DNA of 64,000 nucleotides from a virus (Duplodnaviria; Caudoviricetes), in IMG/VR virus record IMGVR_UViG_3300048926_000317, positions 1-64,000 of that record, one strand, 5' to 3'. The notes beneath the pieces were generated by a model, which made no database searches, was not told the origin of the DNA, and was given only the letters and a program-made list of their open reading frames with translations. A program made the position numbers and the translations under genes. This document shows positions 63,905-64,000 of this stretch, piece after piece. Position 1 is the stretch's first letter. Each line of letters begins with the position of its first letter.

Positions 63905-64000
63905 ATATTTACATAATAGATTTGGATATGCTATTAAAAATAATGGCAATATTAAAGTAAACCAACAGGACATAGAAGCTATAAATAAATTAGTAGAAAT
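63891..64000 (+). CDS. Partial CDS at the window edge
   Basis: ATG at 63891 (MNAIKYLHNRFGY...), open to the end of the window. Confidence 0.55.
   Translation, partial: MNAIKYLHNRFGYAIKNNGNIKVNQQDIEAINKLVE

Noticed and set aside
1-64000. Stop-codon reassignment (TAG to Gln) as in some crAss-like phages
   Set aside because: Structural genes are full length in the standard code, and the MCP ends in TAG directly before a terminator.
1-64000. CRISPR array, diversity-generating retroelement or retron
   Set aside because: No regularly spaced repeats, no reverse transcriptase motifs and no TR/VR pair were seen. The Cas4-like nuclease is fused to FtsK next to recT.

Overview
64 kb of a large, very AT-rich tailed phage of Bacteroidota. 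The host is probably a Flavobacteriia member such as Chryseobacterium or another Weeksellaceae genus. This is inferred from repeated TAnnTTTG promoters, a DUF3127-type SSB, an Hc1-like histone protein, a flavobacterial LuxR-type HTH and a QVGIxT-type secreted protein. Positions 1-17.2 kb hold a podovirus/crAss-like virion module split into three opposed blocks: ejection, GNAT, tail stabilisation and ring genes (-); terS-terL-portal (+); scaffold-MCP-accessory-ring (-). Middle genes follow (HNH and GIY-YIG nucleases, SSB, RuvC-like, ClpP-like, one CAT-anticodon tRNA), then a non-coding candidate terminus/origin at about 33.5-34.6 kb, and divergent early regions of many small, partly paralogous ORFs. 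The right arm carries a tyrosine recombinase, three DNA methyltransferases, RecT next to a PD-(D/E)XK nuclease-FtsK fusion, and a replication-initiator-like gene. No polymerase, lysis cassette or CRISPR array was seen. The most unusual signals are: the nuclease-FtsK/RecT module; two leader RNAs whose terminator loops are complementary to upstream sequence; a covarying mini-pseudoknot flanking a methyltransferase; shared-apex hairpins around the tRNA; and a start-less ORF behind a -1 slippery heptamer. All family assignments come from motif recognition by eye, not from database searches.
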